NCBI GenBank assembly: GCA_964036045.1
Contig: OZ038378.1
Location: forward strand, 190,402,001 to 190,466,000
Direction: 5' to 3'
DNA: 64,000 nucleotides
Source of the DNA: Eutreptiella sp. 'Long Island Sound 2002'
Lineage: Eukaryota; Protista; Euglenida
Part shown: positions 1 to 8,964 of the stretch, in pieces
How the letters are laid out: every line of letters begins with the position of its first letter
Position numbering within the stretch: position 1 is the stretch's first letter
Notes under the pieces: generated by a model
What the model was told of the DNA's origin: nothing
The model's input: only the letters and a program-made list of their open reading frames with translations
Database searches by the model: none
Made by a program: the position numbers and the translations under genes

Positions 1-1891
1 CGTCCCTATCCCTCCGCGGCCCAGGCTGGACCGGAGGGACTCGGGTGTAACCGCCGCTGTGTGGGGGAAGGAAATATACCTGACGAACCCACGGGGCGTC
101 CCTATCCCCCCGCGGCCCAGGCTGGACCGGAGGGACTCGGGTGTAACCGCCGCTGTGTGGGGGATGGAAAAATACCTAACGAACCCACGGGGCGTCCCTA
201 TCCCTCCGCGGCCCAGGCTGGACCGGAGGGACTCGGGTGTAACCGCCGCTGTGTGGGGGAGGGCAAAATACCTGACGAACCCACGGGGCGTCCCTATCCC
301 TCCGCGGCCCAGGCTGGACCGGAGGGACTCGGGTGTAACCGCCGCTGTGTGGGGGAAGGAAAAATACCTGTCGAACCCACGGGGCGTCCCTATCCCTCCG
401 CGGCCCAGGCTGGACCGGAGGGACTCGGGTGTAACCGCCGCTGTGTGGGGGAAGGAAAAATACCTGACGAACCCACGGGGCGTCCCTATCCCCCCGCGGC
501 CCAGGCTGGACCGGAGGGACTCGGGTGTAACCGCCGCTGTGTGGGGGAAGGAAAAATACCTGACGAACCCACGGGGCGTCCCTATCCCTCCGCGGCCCAG
601 GCTGGACCGGAGGGACTCGGGTGTAACCGCCGCTGTGTGGGGGAAGGAAAAATACCTGACAAACCCACGGGGCGTCCCTATCCCCCCGCGGCCCAGGCTG
701 GACCAGAGGGACTTGGGTGTAACCGCCGCTGTGTGGGGGAAGGAAAAATACCTGACGAACCCACGGGGCGTTCCCATCCCTCCGCGGCCCATTCTGGACC
801 GGAGGGACTCGGGTGTAACCGCCGCTGTGTGGGGGAAGGAACAATACCTGTCCAACCCACGGGGCGTCCCTATCCCCCCGCGGCCCAGGCTGGACCGGAG
901 GGACTCGGGTGTAACCGCCGCTGTGTGGGGGAAGGAAAAATACCTGACGAACCCACGGGGCATCCCTATCCCTCCGCGGCCCAGGCTGGACCGGAGGGAC
1001 TCGGGTGTAACCGCCGCTGTGTGGGGGAAGGAAATATACCTGACGAACCCACGGGGCGTCCCTATCCCCCCGCGGCCCAGGCTGGACCGGAGGGACTCGG
1101 GTGTAACCGCCGCTGTGTGGGGGAAGGAAAAATACCTGACGAACCCACGGGGCGTCCCTATCCCCCCGCGGCCCAGGCTGGACCGGAGGGACTCGGGTGT
1201 AACCGCCGCTGTGTGGGGGAAGGAAAAATACCTGTCGAACCCACGGGGCGTCCCTATCCCTCCGCGGCCCAGGCTGGACCGGAGGGACTCGGGTGTAACC
1301 GCCGCTGTGTGGGGGAAGGAAAAATACCTGACGAACCCACGGGGCGTCCCTATCCCTCCGCGGCCCAGGCTGGACCGGAGGGACTCGGGTGTAACCGCCG
1401 CTGTGTGGGGGAAGGAAAAATACCTGACGAACCCACGGGGCGTCCCTATCCCTCCGCGGCCCAGGCTGGACCGGAGGGACTCGGGTGTAACCGCCGCTGT
1501 GTGGGGGAAAGAAAAATACCTGACGAACCCACGGGGCGTCCCTATCCCTCCGCGGCCCATTCTGGACCGGAGGGACTCGGGTGTAACCGCCGCTGTGTGG
1601 GGGAAGGAAAAATACCTGTCGAACCCACGGGGCGTCCCTATCCCCCCGCGGCCCAGGCTGGACCGGAGGGACTCGGGTGTAACCGCCGCTGTGTGGGGGA
1701 AGGAAAAATACCTGACGAACCCACGGGGCGTCCCTATCCCCCCGCGGCCCAGGCTGGACCGGAGGGACTCGGGTGTAACCGCCGCTGTGTGGGGGAAGGA
1801 AAAATACCTGACGAACCCACGGGGCGTCCCTATCCCTCCGCGGCCCAGGCTGGACCGGAGGGACTCGGGTGTAACCGCCGCTGTGTGGGGG
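1..1891. repeat. 96-bp tandem array, about 19.7 copies, truncated by the window start
   Basis: Unit CGTCCCTATCCCTCCGCGGCCCAGGCTGGACCGGAGGGACTCGGGTGTAACCGCCGCTGTGTGGGGGAAGGAAAAATACCTGACGAACCCACGGGG recurs in register at 1, 97, 193 ... 481, 961, 1441. Only substitutions seen, no indels. Confidence 0.98.
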
Positions 1892-1912
1892 TGGGCAGCA
1901 GCAAGCAAGTAG
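59..1912 (+). CDS. Candidate exon encoding 32-aa repeats (KEKYLTNPRGVPIPPRPRLDRRDSGVTAAVWG); may be only an open frame of a satellite
   Basis: Frame is open across all units and several unit variants are synonymous in it. Possible donor AA|GTAGGC at 1908/1909. An open frame is also expected from a GC-rich 3n repeat. Confidence 0.25.
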   Translation: MWGKEIYLTNPRGVPIPPRPRLDRRDSGVTAAVWGMEKYLTNPRGVPIPPRPRLDRRDSGVTAAVWGRAKYLTNPRGVPIPPRPRLDRRDSGVTAAVWGKEKYLSNPRGVPIPPRPRLDRRDSGVTAAVWGKEKYLTNPRGVPIPPRPRLDRRDSGVTAAVWGKEKYLTNPRGVPIPPRPRLDRRDSGVTAAVWGKEKYLTNPRGVPIPPRPRLDQRDLGVTAAVWGKEKYLTNPRGVPIPPRPILDRRDSGVTAAVWGKEQYLSNPRGVPIPPRPRLDRRDSGVTAAVWGKEKYLTNPRGIPIPPRPRLDRRDSGVTAAVWGKEIYLTNPRGVPIPPRPRLDRRDSGVTAAVWGKEKYLTNPRGVPIPPRPRLDRRDSGVTAAVWGKEKYLSNPRGVPIPPRPRLDRRDSGVTAAVWGKEKYLTNPRGVPIPPRPRLDRRDSGVTAAVWGKEKYLTNPRGVPIPPRPRLDRRDSGVTAAVWGKEKYLTNPRGVPIPPRPILDRRDSGVTAAVWGKEKYLSNPRGVPIPPRPRLDRRDSGVTAAVWGKEKYLTNPRGVPIPPRPRLDRRDSGVTAAVWGKEKYLTNPRGVPIPPRPRLDRRDSGVTAAVWGWAAASK

Positions 1913-1944
1913 GCAGGCAGTACCGGAGGCCATAACTCCGGGGT

Positions 1945-2785
1945 AACAGTAACTGGGACTCAACGTGAGTCCTCTTAACCAAAACAACCCCAAATTCCGC
2001 CGGGGCTTAACTCCCGAACGAAACGGTATTTGGGGCCCCCGTGGGCCTTATAAGCCCACGGAGTGTGCTGAGGCGTGACTACCAGCACTTAAAGTCTGGC
2101 CTGTCATACCCATCGCTGGGCTCGCCTCAGCACGGCCGGTTGGGTCCGGCTCTGGGGGCTGCGCACTAAACTGGCCCCGGGGGGGGGCCATTTACCCGTT
2201 TAAGCATTAATTATAGCAGTAAGCACTATTTATTACGTTAGTTGTTTACTCAGCGCAAGTTTTTACCCCGCAGACATGCCCCTTCCAGTGGTGCGCTCAC
2301 CTTTGGGGCTGCCGTTGGGGGGTCCGGGGCTTTTACCCGGACCTCCGGCCCTCCCTGGTTGTTGGCCGGACGCGTACCTTATACAATACTGAGGTTCTTT
2401 CATTTACATACTTACTTTACTTGATACATACACATCTGGGGCCTGGGGGGGATGGCGCCCCCCCTCGGTTCCAAACAGGGCACTTTGTCTCGCCGGGAGG
2501 GGATGGCGCCCCTCCTCGGCCCAACACACGGGGGGCCTCCCCTTTGTTCATGTATCCTTCCCAATGGCAGCGCCGTTGTTGGCGCTACCTGTGTTATGAA
2601 CTCGGGGGACCTCCCCTTATTTCAATTTCTTCCAATTTCTTCCAGCGTATTCCGACCGGCCGCCCCACGTGGGATTCCCGGCATGGGGGGCACGGGGGGT
2701 CCTCCCCTTATTTCACATTTCTCATCTCTCCAAAAAGGACCGCCAGGACTGGGGGGAGGCCTGCATGGGCGGAGGCCCGGGACAG
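1945..2785. other. Hairpin-rich segment with a repeated GGGGGG-(A/T/C)CCTCCCC-TT(A)TTTC motif
   Basis: Inverted repeats GGACTC..GAGTCC (~1946-1962), GTGGGC..GCCCAC (~2041-2059), GTGCTGAGGCG..CGCCTCAGCAC (~2065-2133) and GTCCGGG..CCCGGAC (~2322-2342). Four copies of the G6-CCTCCCC-TT motif between ~2530 and ~2785. Confidence 0.6.
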
Positions 2786-3260
2786 GGGGGCCTCCCCTTA
2801 TTTCAGTACGGTCCCGGTTCACTCGCACCGTCCCCGCTGCAGGCATCCGCTGCAGGAAACGGGCCAAGATCCCCACTGGTGCCCTCTCCTCGCTCCGGTG
2901 TCGGAGGGGCCACGAGGGGTGCCACGCCGCATTCGGTCCCCAGCCCAGGATGCACCTGTGCAGGAACAGAGCGAGTGCAAGGGGGGCGGGTGGGGGACAG
3001 CGTACAAGCCCTGGGGCGGGCTGGGCCACAGGGAGGCCTGGAGAACCCACGCAAACCGCCACCCCCCGGTGGAGCCCGCCCTGTGCCATCGTGGCTCCCC
3101 CACGGTGGCCGGCGAGGGGTGGGGCACGCGATCTCGCGACCCAGCCGCCGCGGCTGGACTGGGTCGCCCCCCAGATTGCGTGTTGGCCCAGGGGAACCCC
3201 CCCCTGGTTTCACCCCCACACCACGGTGAGGTCACGCGCCCCTGGGCGGCCGTGGGGGAT

Positions 3261-3590
<330 letters not shown>

Positions 3591-3699
3591 GCGACAAACA
3601 GGCACGAGTCACAGCAGCCTGAGTGCTCTCGGTCTCGTCAGGCCATCAAACAGTCAAAACCCTGAGACAATAAGACGACAAGACGCCCCGAAAATATGT

Positions 3700-3831
3700 G
3701 GCTTTATCGGTACGCGCATGGGCATCATTGTACTGTTCGCGGAGACGCTGTGTGGGTGACTGGGTTGTTTGCCCAATGTAGACCGCCCCTGTACGCAAGC
3801 TGACAGACATAGATGACGAAATGGGGGGCAC
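3700..3831 (-). pseudogene. GIY-YIG endonuclease fragment, possibly from a Penelope-like element
   Basis: Translation GAVYIGQTTQSPTQRLREQY resembles the YIGQT...RLxEH half-motif of GIY-YIG nucleases. No associated intact RT seen. Confidence 0.45.
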
Positions 3832-4769
3832 AACATTCAGCTACCAGTTTTCTGTATGGGCCTTGCAGCGCAGTAAACGGAACATAGGGTGGTATTTGTT
3901 AGGCCAAAAAGGAACACTAAACTGCATGAGTTGTGCGTCATGCTTGTGTGCGCGATACGAGCCTTACCTTGCCCTGTCGGTGTCGCCCTGGTAGGTCAGT
4001 GTGTCCAAGAGGCCGCCCATTCCTGCCTGCCCAGAGATTGCCTGCTCATGCCCAGCGGGCAGTAGAGCCAACATGAACCCCTGCGCAGGCCTCCGCCTTG
4101 GGGCTCCTGGAGGTGTTTACTGTGTGCTGCAGGCGCCGCAGGGGAAGGGTAATTAGCACTCGGGTAATTAGCACCGCATCAATTTTCCTCAATTTTGGGT
4201 GAAGGAAGTAGGAAGGAAGACACCGCGATGCATGACTGAGCCCCAACTGAGCCCCAAATGTACATGTCCACTTAGCCATGAGTCAGCCCTCGTCTTAAAC
4301 TTAATTCCTCGATCTCTTTTGCCACAGAAACTACCCAAACCGAATACACATCATTTCTCACAAAACGCCGGTCACAAAACCACTGCAGGTCCGAATACCA
4401 CTGCCCTTCTCCATGGGCGCACTGCCCTGCATCCTGCTCATCTCGGGTCACTTATCCCGCTGACCTCTGACCCCTGGTCGCCGATCTCCCTCTGGTCACT
4501 GGTCACTTATCCTGCTGGTTCTCCAACTTCCTCTGTCGCTGTCCTCTGCCCTCCCTATACCTTGCTGCCTGTGCCTCACCATTCCTAATCACTCGCTTTT
4601 CTGCTTCACTGTAGCTGTGTCGGGGCCACTCTTGTGCCAGGGGAGGGAGATTTGGACTCAGGTGGACTCCACGGAGTGACCCGGGCAATTTGTTCGCTCA
4701 ACGACAAGCTGGGAGGGGGGGGGGGGCGGTCTGGCCTAGGGGGGCTCAGGTGGTACAACCGTGCCACAA

Positions 4770-4965
4770 AATCCGTAGTCCTCAACAGTGAATGTGCGAC
4801 GGAGCCACATGTTCGGATTGCAAGCCCAAGTCAGAACAGAGGCCCAAGGGGTTGGCACGTGACAGACGCTCGAGGAGTTGGCACATAAGACACACATCCG
4901 TCTGTCACACGCCGGCAACGCCGCTCACTCGCAGAATAAGTGGCCACCGCAAAAAGGTGATACAA
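4770..4965 (+). pseudogene. Second possible GIY-YIG remnant
   Basis: Translation VCHTPATPLTRRISGHRKK resembles the (Y)VGxTxxxLxRRxxxH half-motif; upstream part is degenerate. Confidence 0.28.
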
Positions 4966-5205
4966 ATTGCAATGGTTGGCTGCCAGAGTCCCAAATCCGT
5001 CCAATTGTCCAATTGCCCAAGTGATAGTGATTTTTGCGTGCGAAAAATTTTGTTGTATGGCATTTCATTCTTCCTCTGAGGAATCTGTTTTTTTTTTTAG
5101 CACCGCCTGTCACTCTTCTCCGACGCTACTGCAATTTCTTCTCGCCAACCGTCGTAGGCCTTTGAACTTGGCCTTGCTTCGGGCGGTTGCGGACAGCAGG
5201 GGGAA

Positions 5206-5430
5206 TCAGCACCTCATCGATCTGGAGTTGACCCCGTTCTGCTGTACAACCGTCAGGAATTGCATGAACAGCTTCAGCAGCTGAATGGTAGAGTCCCCGT
5301 TTAAGGAGTCGCTCAGCTGCCGATCCGGGCCAGAGGGTGCGCTGTGCTGCATTTGAGACGAGCTGAATCCGCTGTAGATGCATTCCGAAGCAGATGCCGG
5401 GGAGGCGGAGGACTCTGAAATTTCTGGGCC
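5206..5430 (-). CDS. Probable last exon of an unknown - strand gene (Ser-rich: GPEISESSASPASASE...QLLKLFMQFLTVVQQNG)
   Basis: Acceptor TTTGCAG| at 5431-5432 on the - strand (alternative acceptor gives start 5454). Phase 0, 75 codons to TGA, matching the phase-0 end of exon 8605-8964. Confidence 0.4.
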   Translation of the reverse strand, partial: GPEISESSASPASASECIYSGFSSSQMQHSAPSGPDRQLSDSLNGDSTIQLLKLFMQFLTVVQQNGVNSRSMRC

Positions 5431-6166
5431 CTGCAAATGCAGCAGAATGTCAACCTGCAGGTGATCCCAACAACCTCCGCCCCATTCGCCCTGCCGGCAA
5501 TGGATGAAACTAAATAGACTCAAGCGTTTGAGCATTGCCAGGAATTTGTGGGGAAATCTCAGTAAATGGTCATGAAGCTGTAACTTGTCAGGTCATCATG
5601 CTCCCGCCCGATTGTATTATCCGATTGTGCGTCGATCATTCCACGCACTTTCCTTGCATTTGACCAGGAAAAAGAGAGCAAGCATCTGTGCAGAGGCCAA
5701 CTGTGGGACAAATGCATCAGGAATGCAAGCATACTTGCAGGCATTGCGAGTGTGGTGTACCCGCTCAGCTACGGCCACTTTCAAGCGGGGGGGCAGAGCA
5801 CACAGTATCGGCAGAGGGACTACGGCCACTTACGACCAGGCCACTATAGCCATGCAACAGGGCCCACAGATAGTGTGTCTGATCCCATGCTACCCTTCTC
5901 CCATTTTGGGGTCCCTAGGAACAAAAGAAAGGAACTGCTCTGACGACTCGTCATCCATGGTAAAAAATTATCTGGTGCAAAATCTGCTTTTTCCCTGGGG
6001 GCTTTTCTGTTGGGGGCCAAACAGGAAGGGGAGGGGGTTGAACCCCCACAAAGGGGGAGGGGATTGGCCATAAAGGCTGAGTGAATAAACGTACCAGTTT
6101 GAATTTCCAGGAGGAAAATGATTGCCTTCCTTGACAACAGCCAAATGGGGAAAGGCACTTTCAGTA

Positions 6167-6823
6167 CCGTGCGAATCCTAATTATTTGCGGCATCCTAAG
6201 TTTTGCGTTGGGTGTTTTGAATTTTATTTAAGCAAAATTTTGCAGCAACACTTAAAACAGGGGGAAAATTTTTTTGCGTTTTTTGTTGCGGAACCCATTT
6301 TTGCGAAGGGCCTGGGGTACCTTGGACTCTGGGATTGCAGTCCAATCCTACAAAAGCATACAAATGTTGATCATTTGGACTCTGGGATTGCAGTCCAATC
6401 CTACGCAGGCATACAAATGTGGATCAGTTGAACTCTGGGAATGCAGTCCATAGCACAGACAAGCACCAACAAGAAAGTGTTTCGGATGCTTCAACCTTAC
6501 CAGTTTTCAATGAGCCAGTTCCAAATTTCGTCCATAATAGTGCCCCTGGCACATGAAATGTGGAAACACCAATGGAATTTGCAACATGGCCCGACGACAA
6601 GCAGTGGGGGAAACATAGCATCCGTCCCGCAATTGTGGTATTTCTGCAAAGGGGGGGCAGGGGCCAAAAATATTTTTTTTGAGATTTTTTTTTTGCGGAA
6701 CCCATTTTTGCGAAGGGCACGAAGCCAAAAATTAATATTTTTTTTGCGTTTTTTTGCTTTGCGGCAAAACAACACCTTGGACCGGGAATTAATTATTTCC
6801 GCAAATAATTGGGATTCGCACGG
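6167..6823. mobile_element. Tc1/mariner-type MITE, 657 bp, TA TSD
   Basis: TACCGTGCGAATCCTAATTATTTGCGG (6165-6191) matches the reverse complement of 6799-6825 at 26/27 positions. Flanked by TA on both sides; no ORF; internal short duplications. Confidence 0.85.
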
Positions 6824-7107
6824 TAGTTAGAGTAGGTCCGCTGTGGCCTCTGCTCACGACAGGTGCTCCGGCCCGGGCTATTGCTTAGGGATCCCGGGGT
6901 GTGGGGGGTGTGGGGGGTTTGGGGGCCTCAAGGGCTGGATTTGACCCACCCACGCACCCACCCTTCAACCCATCCACCCCCCCCCCCCCCCGGTTGGCCC
7001 ACTCTGGCTGTAGTTCAGAGGAAGGTCGCCACTCTTCGGGACACTTGGTGGTCCCCTATACCCCACAATGAATGAAAAAACAGTGGATCATGACAGCCCC
7101 TGAAATT

Positions 7108-7177
7108 CCACCCACCTGGAATTGAACCAAGGACTTTTCATCCTATGATCATGCTGTTAACAATTCAACTACCACCC
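7108..7177 (-). pseudogene. tRNA-like remnant or tRNA-derived SINE head
   Basis: Reverse strand has an A-box-like TAGTTGAATTG and a B-box/T-loop GGTTCAATTCC at tRNA spacing, but the stems are broken. Confidence 0.4.
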
Positions 7178-7296
7178 AAGGAATAATTTGAGGGTTTTTT
7201 TTGGGAGGGCTAAAATTAGGGGGGGGGGAATTTGGAACTGGTCCTTAGAAATGAAGGAAAATTTTGGTATAAGGTCCCTTGCTGTTGCTTCCTGGT

Positions 7297-7397
7297 GGAT
7301 GGCTGCTGTTATTTCCTGGTGGGCTCTGGATGGTTGCTGTTATTTCCTGATGGCCTCTGGATGGTTGCTGTTATTTCCTGATGGGCTCTGGATGGTT
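7297..7397. repeat. 31-bp tandem repeat, about 3.3 copies
   Basis: GGATGG(C/T)TGCTGTTATTTCCTG(G/A)TGG(G/C)CTCT starts at 7297, 7328, 7359 and 7390. Confidence 0.92.
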
Positions 7398-8058
7398 ACT
7401 GTTCGCATCCTTACAACACATCGCATCCTTAAAATTGAAGGAAATATTTGGTACGAGGTAGGGCTTCCAAATTTGTGCACATCAAATTTGTCCCTCTCTA
7501 AAATTTCCCCTGGTGGTACCTTCCTTAGGGGACAAATCTTGTGCTACAGGCGCCTCATTGGGTGAACACTATGTTCAAAATTTTCAATGCCCCTGAGTCC
7601 CAAGGCTCGCAAACCCAGCACCCAAGAAAATCCCACCCCCACTCCCGGGGGGGGGGGGGGCACCCAATGCCCCCCAGGGCAGAAAAAATGGAGAGGGTGG
7701 AGAAGAAACTGAGGGGGAAAGGGACGAACAAAGGGAGGTAACAGGACAGGGCAGACCGCGCTCGCCGAAAACGGTGCAGAGTGTAGAAGGAGGGACACAA
7801 AGGAAAGAATCATTGTGGTTGTTAGAAGCCCCTTTCAAGAAAATTATCCTGCAGATGCACACCCCAGCGCGCACAAGTCAGCAGTCGGCAAACCCAGCAT
7901 GGACTCGGAGTGTGCATCTGGATGCACCTGGTCAACGGCACGGGCAACAGCCCGTCTCCGGGACAGCCGACCCTGGAGTAGTCAAACAGGAAAAGTCATC
8001 CAGGGGCTCGGTTGACACAACCAAAACACGTTCGGGCCCACAGAGGGTCAGAATAAGC

Positions 8059-8086
8059 AGTGGCGAGAGGCCAATAGGCGCCGCCA
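8059..8086. repeat. 28-bp dispersed repeat; second copy at 12061-12088
   Basis: AGTGGCGAGAGGCCAATAGGCGCCGCCA is identical at both positions; probably the conserved end of a repeat family. Confidence 0.8.
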
Positions 8087-8604
8087 AAGGCAAACAATCA
8101 GATACCGAGGCCTTGTGCCAACCCCCCCCCAGGTAGGGTGTCTGACACACAAAGCAATGGCCTGCTCCGACCCCTCGGCGTCCTTCCCACACCGGCACCA
8201 GTGCTACTTCACACAAAATCGTTCCCAAGACAGTGAAATTCGGATGATGTTCACCGCCACATCCGATGTGGGAAGGGTCACACAGGGCCCGGGGGTTCCC
8301 GGATCACCATCGATGGTGCGCGTGATGTGACCCATCGATGGTGCGTGGCATTTCCGGGAATTCTGCCATTGGCTCTTGTTCATTCCTTTTTTGGAGCGAG
8401 CACCCACACCCGGGGAAACACCGCAGAACTGCGGCAGGCCAATACCTGACTCTGGGTACGCCCAGGAGGGGGTTGGTTCCACTGTGGTACAGGCTCTACA
8501 CGCGACAGGGTACATGCGGGGCAGGGGGGTCTTCCTTATAACTTTTTCGTTCTAAAGCATCAATTGTGGAGAATCGTCGAGGGACAGGGCATGCACATGC
8601 ACAC

Positions 8605-8964
8605 CTGGTGATGGTACCGGTCTGCAGAGCACGGCACTGCGTAGTCGCGTTGAAGAACACGAGTCGTACGGTGCCGGCGCTGCGCGCTTTGAGCCGCGCT
8701 GCTGCGGGGTCGCTGCTGCCCCACGGAGGAGGAGGAGGAGCAGGAGGAGGAGGCAACATCCGCTGCAGCCTCCACATGCACTGCCTGTTTTAGGGGCGGG
8801 GTACGGGGGTCCAGGCCCACGGGAGGTCCATGACCATAAGCGTAGAGGGTTTCGGCAGGAAGCGGCGCATAGGCCTGTGCTGGTGGCGGGGTGTGGCTGC
8901 CCGTGAGCGGCGTGCGTGCCGTGGGGTCGTGCTTGTGGGCGGAAGATTCGGAACTCGCTGACAT
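8605..8964 (-). CDS. Probable first coding exon of an unknown - strand gene (MSASSESSAHKHDP...DRYHHQ)
   Basis: ATG at 8964 and 120 codons ending at donor CAG|GTGTGC. Upstream pyrimidine-rich acceptor TCTTTCCAG| gives exon start 9056. GC-rich, exon-like composition. Confidence 0.45.

Noticed and set aside
1-1891. Self-cleaving ribozyme in the 96-bp unit (hammerhead CTGACGA+GAAA; twister-like TAA..GAGGG and CCGG-TCCAGC-CTGG; HDV-like GTCCCT/AGGGAC)
   Set aside because: GAAA lies only 5 nt before CTGACGA with no stem III or cleavage triplet. The twister P2 and T2 pairings fail, and the - strand has no AA. There is no room for HDV P4/J4-2. The commonest variant breaks the main stem without compensation.
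1-1891. CRISPR array or tandem SL-RNA/5S genes
   Set aside because: Units are contiguous with no unique spacers, no cas genes are present, and I recognise no SL exon or 5S sequence.
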